A stretch of 64,000 bases of DNA from Klebsormidium nitens (lineage: Eukaryota > Plantae > Klebsormidiophyceae). Under the pieces are notes generated by a model. That model was not told the DNA's origin. It searched no databases and was given only the letters and a program-made list of their open reading frames with translations. The stretch spans positions 26,261 to 90,260 of the forward strand of contig DF237330.1 of NCBI GenBank assembly GCA_000708835.1. Reading direction: 5' to 3'. Position numbers and translations under genes: made by a program. Below are positions 62,806 to 64,000 of this stretch, one piece after another (the stretch's first letter is position 1; every line of letters starts with the position of its first letter).

Positions 62806-64000
62806 GTCGGCAAGGGGCCAGAGGGGAGAGGCTACCTTGGTGGAGGAGAAGAGGCGGGCTTTTTCTGCTGGAAAGGAATGACCTTTGCTGCAAAACAAAA
62901 TACCTTTCCAGTCAACAGGCGTGGGAGCGAGTCGTCAAAGACCGGTGCGTAACCACGACATTCCAATGGACAGCTTAAGGTTTTGTCGGGTCTGCTCTTT
63001 TTCAGGGCAATTGACAGGAGAGTAAAGATTACGATTTTGAACTCTTCTGTTCTGTTCTCCAGAGCTGCCATCTCCTTGGATCTTGAAAAGACCCCTGGTT
63101 TGTCTGATGAACTAGTGCTTGCTGCAGAGGGAACCCTCTTCAGAAGGTAGCATTACAGCTTGCTTGGTTTCCACAAGCATAACATCCAAAAGGGGCACCA
63201 TTTCCTAGTTTTCAGGTCAGCAGGAAGTGGGGGCCTGTAGGGTTGCGAAAAGGATGGCATTGCCCGCTGAGTAAGTTGAAGCACAAGAGGCCTGTGAATC
63301 TGGAGATCTCCCATCAAAGGTTTGCATCCCTACCTGTCTGCTTTGTTGCATCATGTGAAGGCTGGAAACCTTCTCTGCTGATGCTCCCGCTTGAGACTTG
63401 AGAACCTCGTTTGTTCTGAAACCTCCACACCTCTCTGCATTGCTCAAACTTCTCGAAAGCAGACTTCAAATTTCGTTGCGTTTAGGGCGTAAGATACTTC
63501 TGATAGAGGGGAGGTTCTGGAATCGCAAGAGCTTTGTCTGCCTGTAGATGTTTTCCCCACAGTCTTGATCCCGCTAAAATGTTTAGCTGATCTGCAGAAT
63601 GCTCGCTCTGAGGAGACTTACAGCGCACGTTTTACTTATCATGAGAGATGAGCGTCTGCCAAATTACCATCCAGCTTCCTCCCACGCGGCTGTCTAAGCG
63701 GAGGGTTACACAGGTGTGCTCCTCGAAGCCAAGACGCCGCTTCCAGGTTGTCTTTCTGAGACAGATCTGCGAGCTTTTGTCAGAGTGATGGTTTGGCCGG
63801 TTTCAGAAAAGCACATTATGCACCCTCTTCTTCGCATCTCCCCGCCGCACAACCAAAGTGATTGCGACAGCGTCACGGTGGCAATGATCATCATGGCCAA
63901 ACCCGAAAAGTGCATACGGATGACCGTCAGATGAGAAAGTTGATCGACGGTAGATTTCAGTTCCAAAAACTTTCCGGAGGCTTGTGGGCCCACGATACAT

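Noticed and set aside
63000-64000. Short minus-strand ORFs as upstream exons of the disordered-protein gene
   Set aside because: I could not build a stop-free, phase-consistent chain; left unannotated.

Overview
Intron-rich eukaryotic nuclear DNA. A plant-type RSH1, GC-rich exons and intron style suggest a streptophyte alga, possibly Klebsormidium-like (inference). I built five spliced gene models by hand; each has canonical or GC-AG splice sites and consistent phases. (1) WRN-like RecQ helicase, minus strand, 385-13362. (2) Head-to-head with it, a plastid-type RelA/SpoT homolog RSH1, plus strand, 14322-26035. (3) A ~15.6 kb Plavaka-type DNA transposon (~27950-43580) with long imperfect inverted ends, an intact 11-exon transposase and a divergent 6-exon accessory gene. 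(4) An 11-exon secreted protein: signal peptide, 3x PAN/Apple, Cys-rich module, SEA-like segment, non-plant-type secretory phospholipase A2, unknown C-terminal domain (45790-55610), with a MITE and a 240 bp foldback in its introns. (5) A ~1080 aa low-complexity gene, minus strand, 57399-62805. The most unusual structural signal is a set of 'exon echoes': in RecQ and RSH1, splice junctions plus part of the adjacent exon are tandemly re-copied into the neighbouring intron, mostly at ~150-180 bp spacing. No rRNA, tRNA or CRISPR was seen. Coordinates and lengths were counted by eye and no searches were run.
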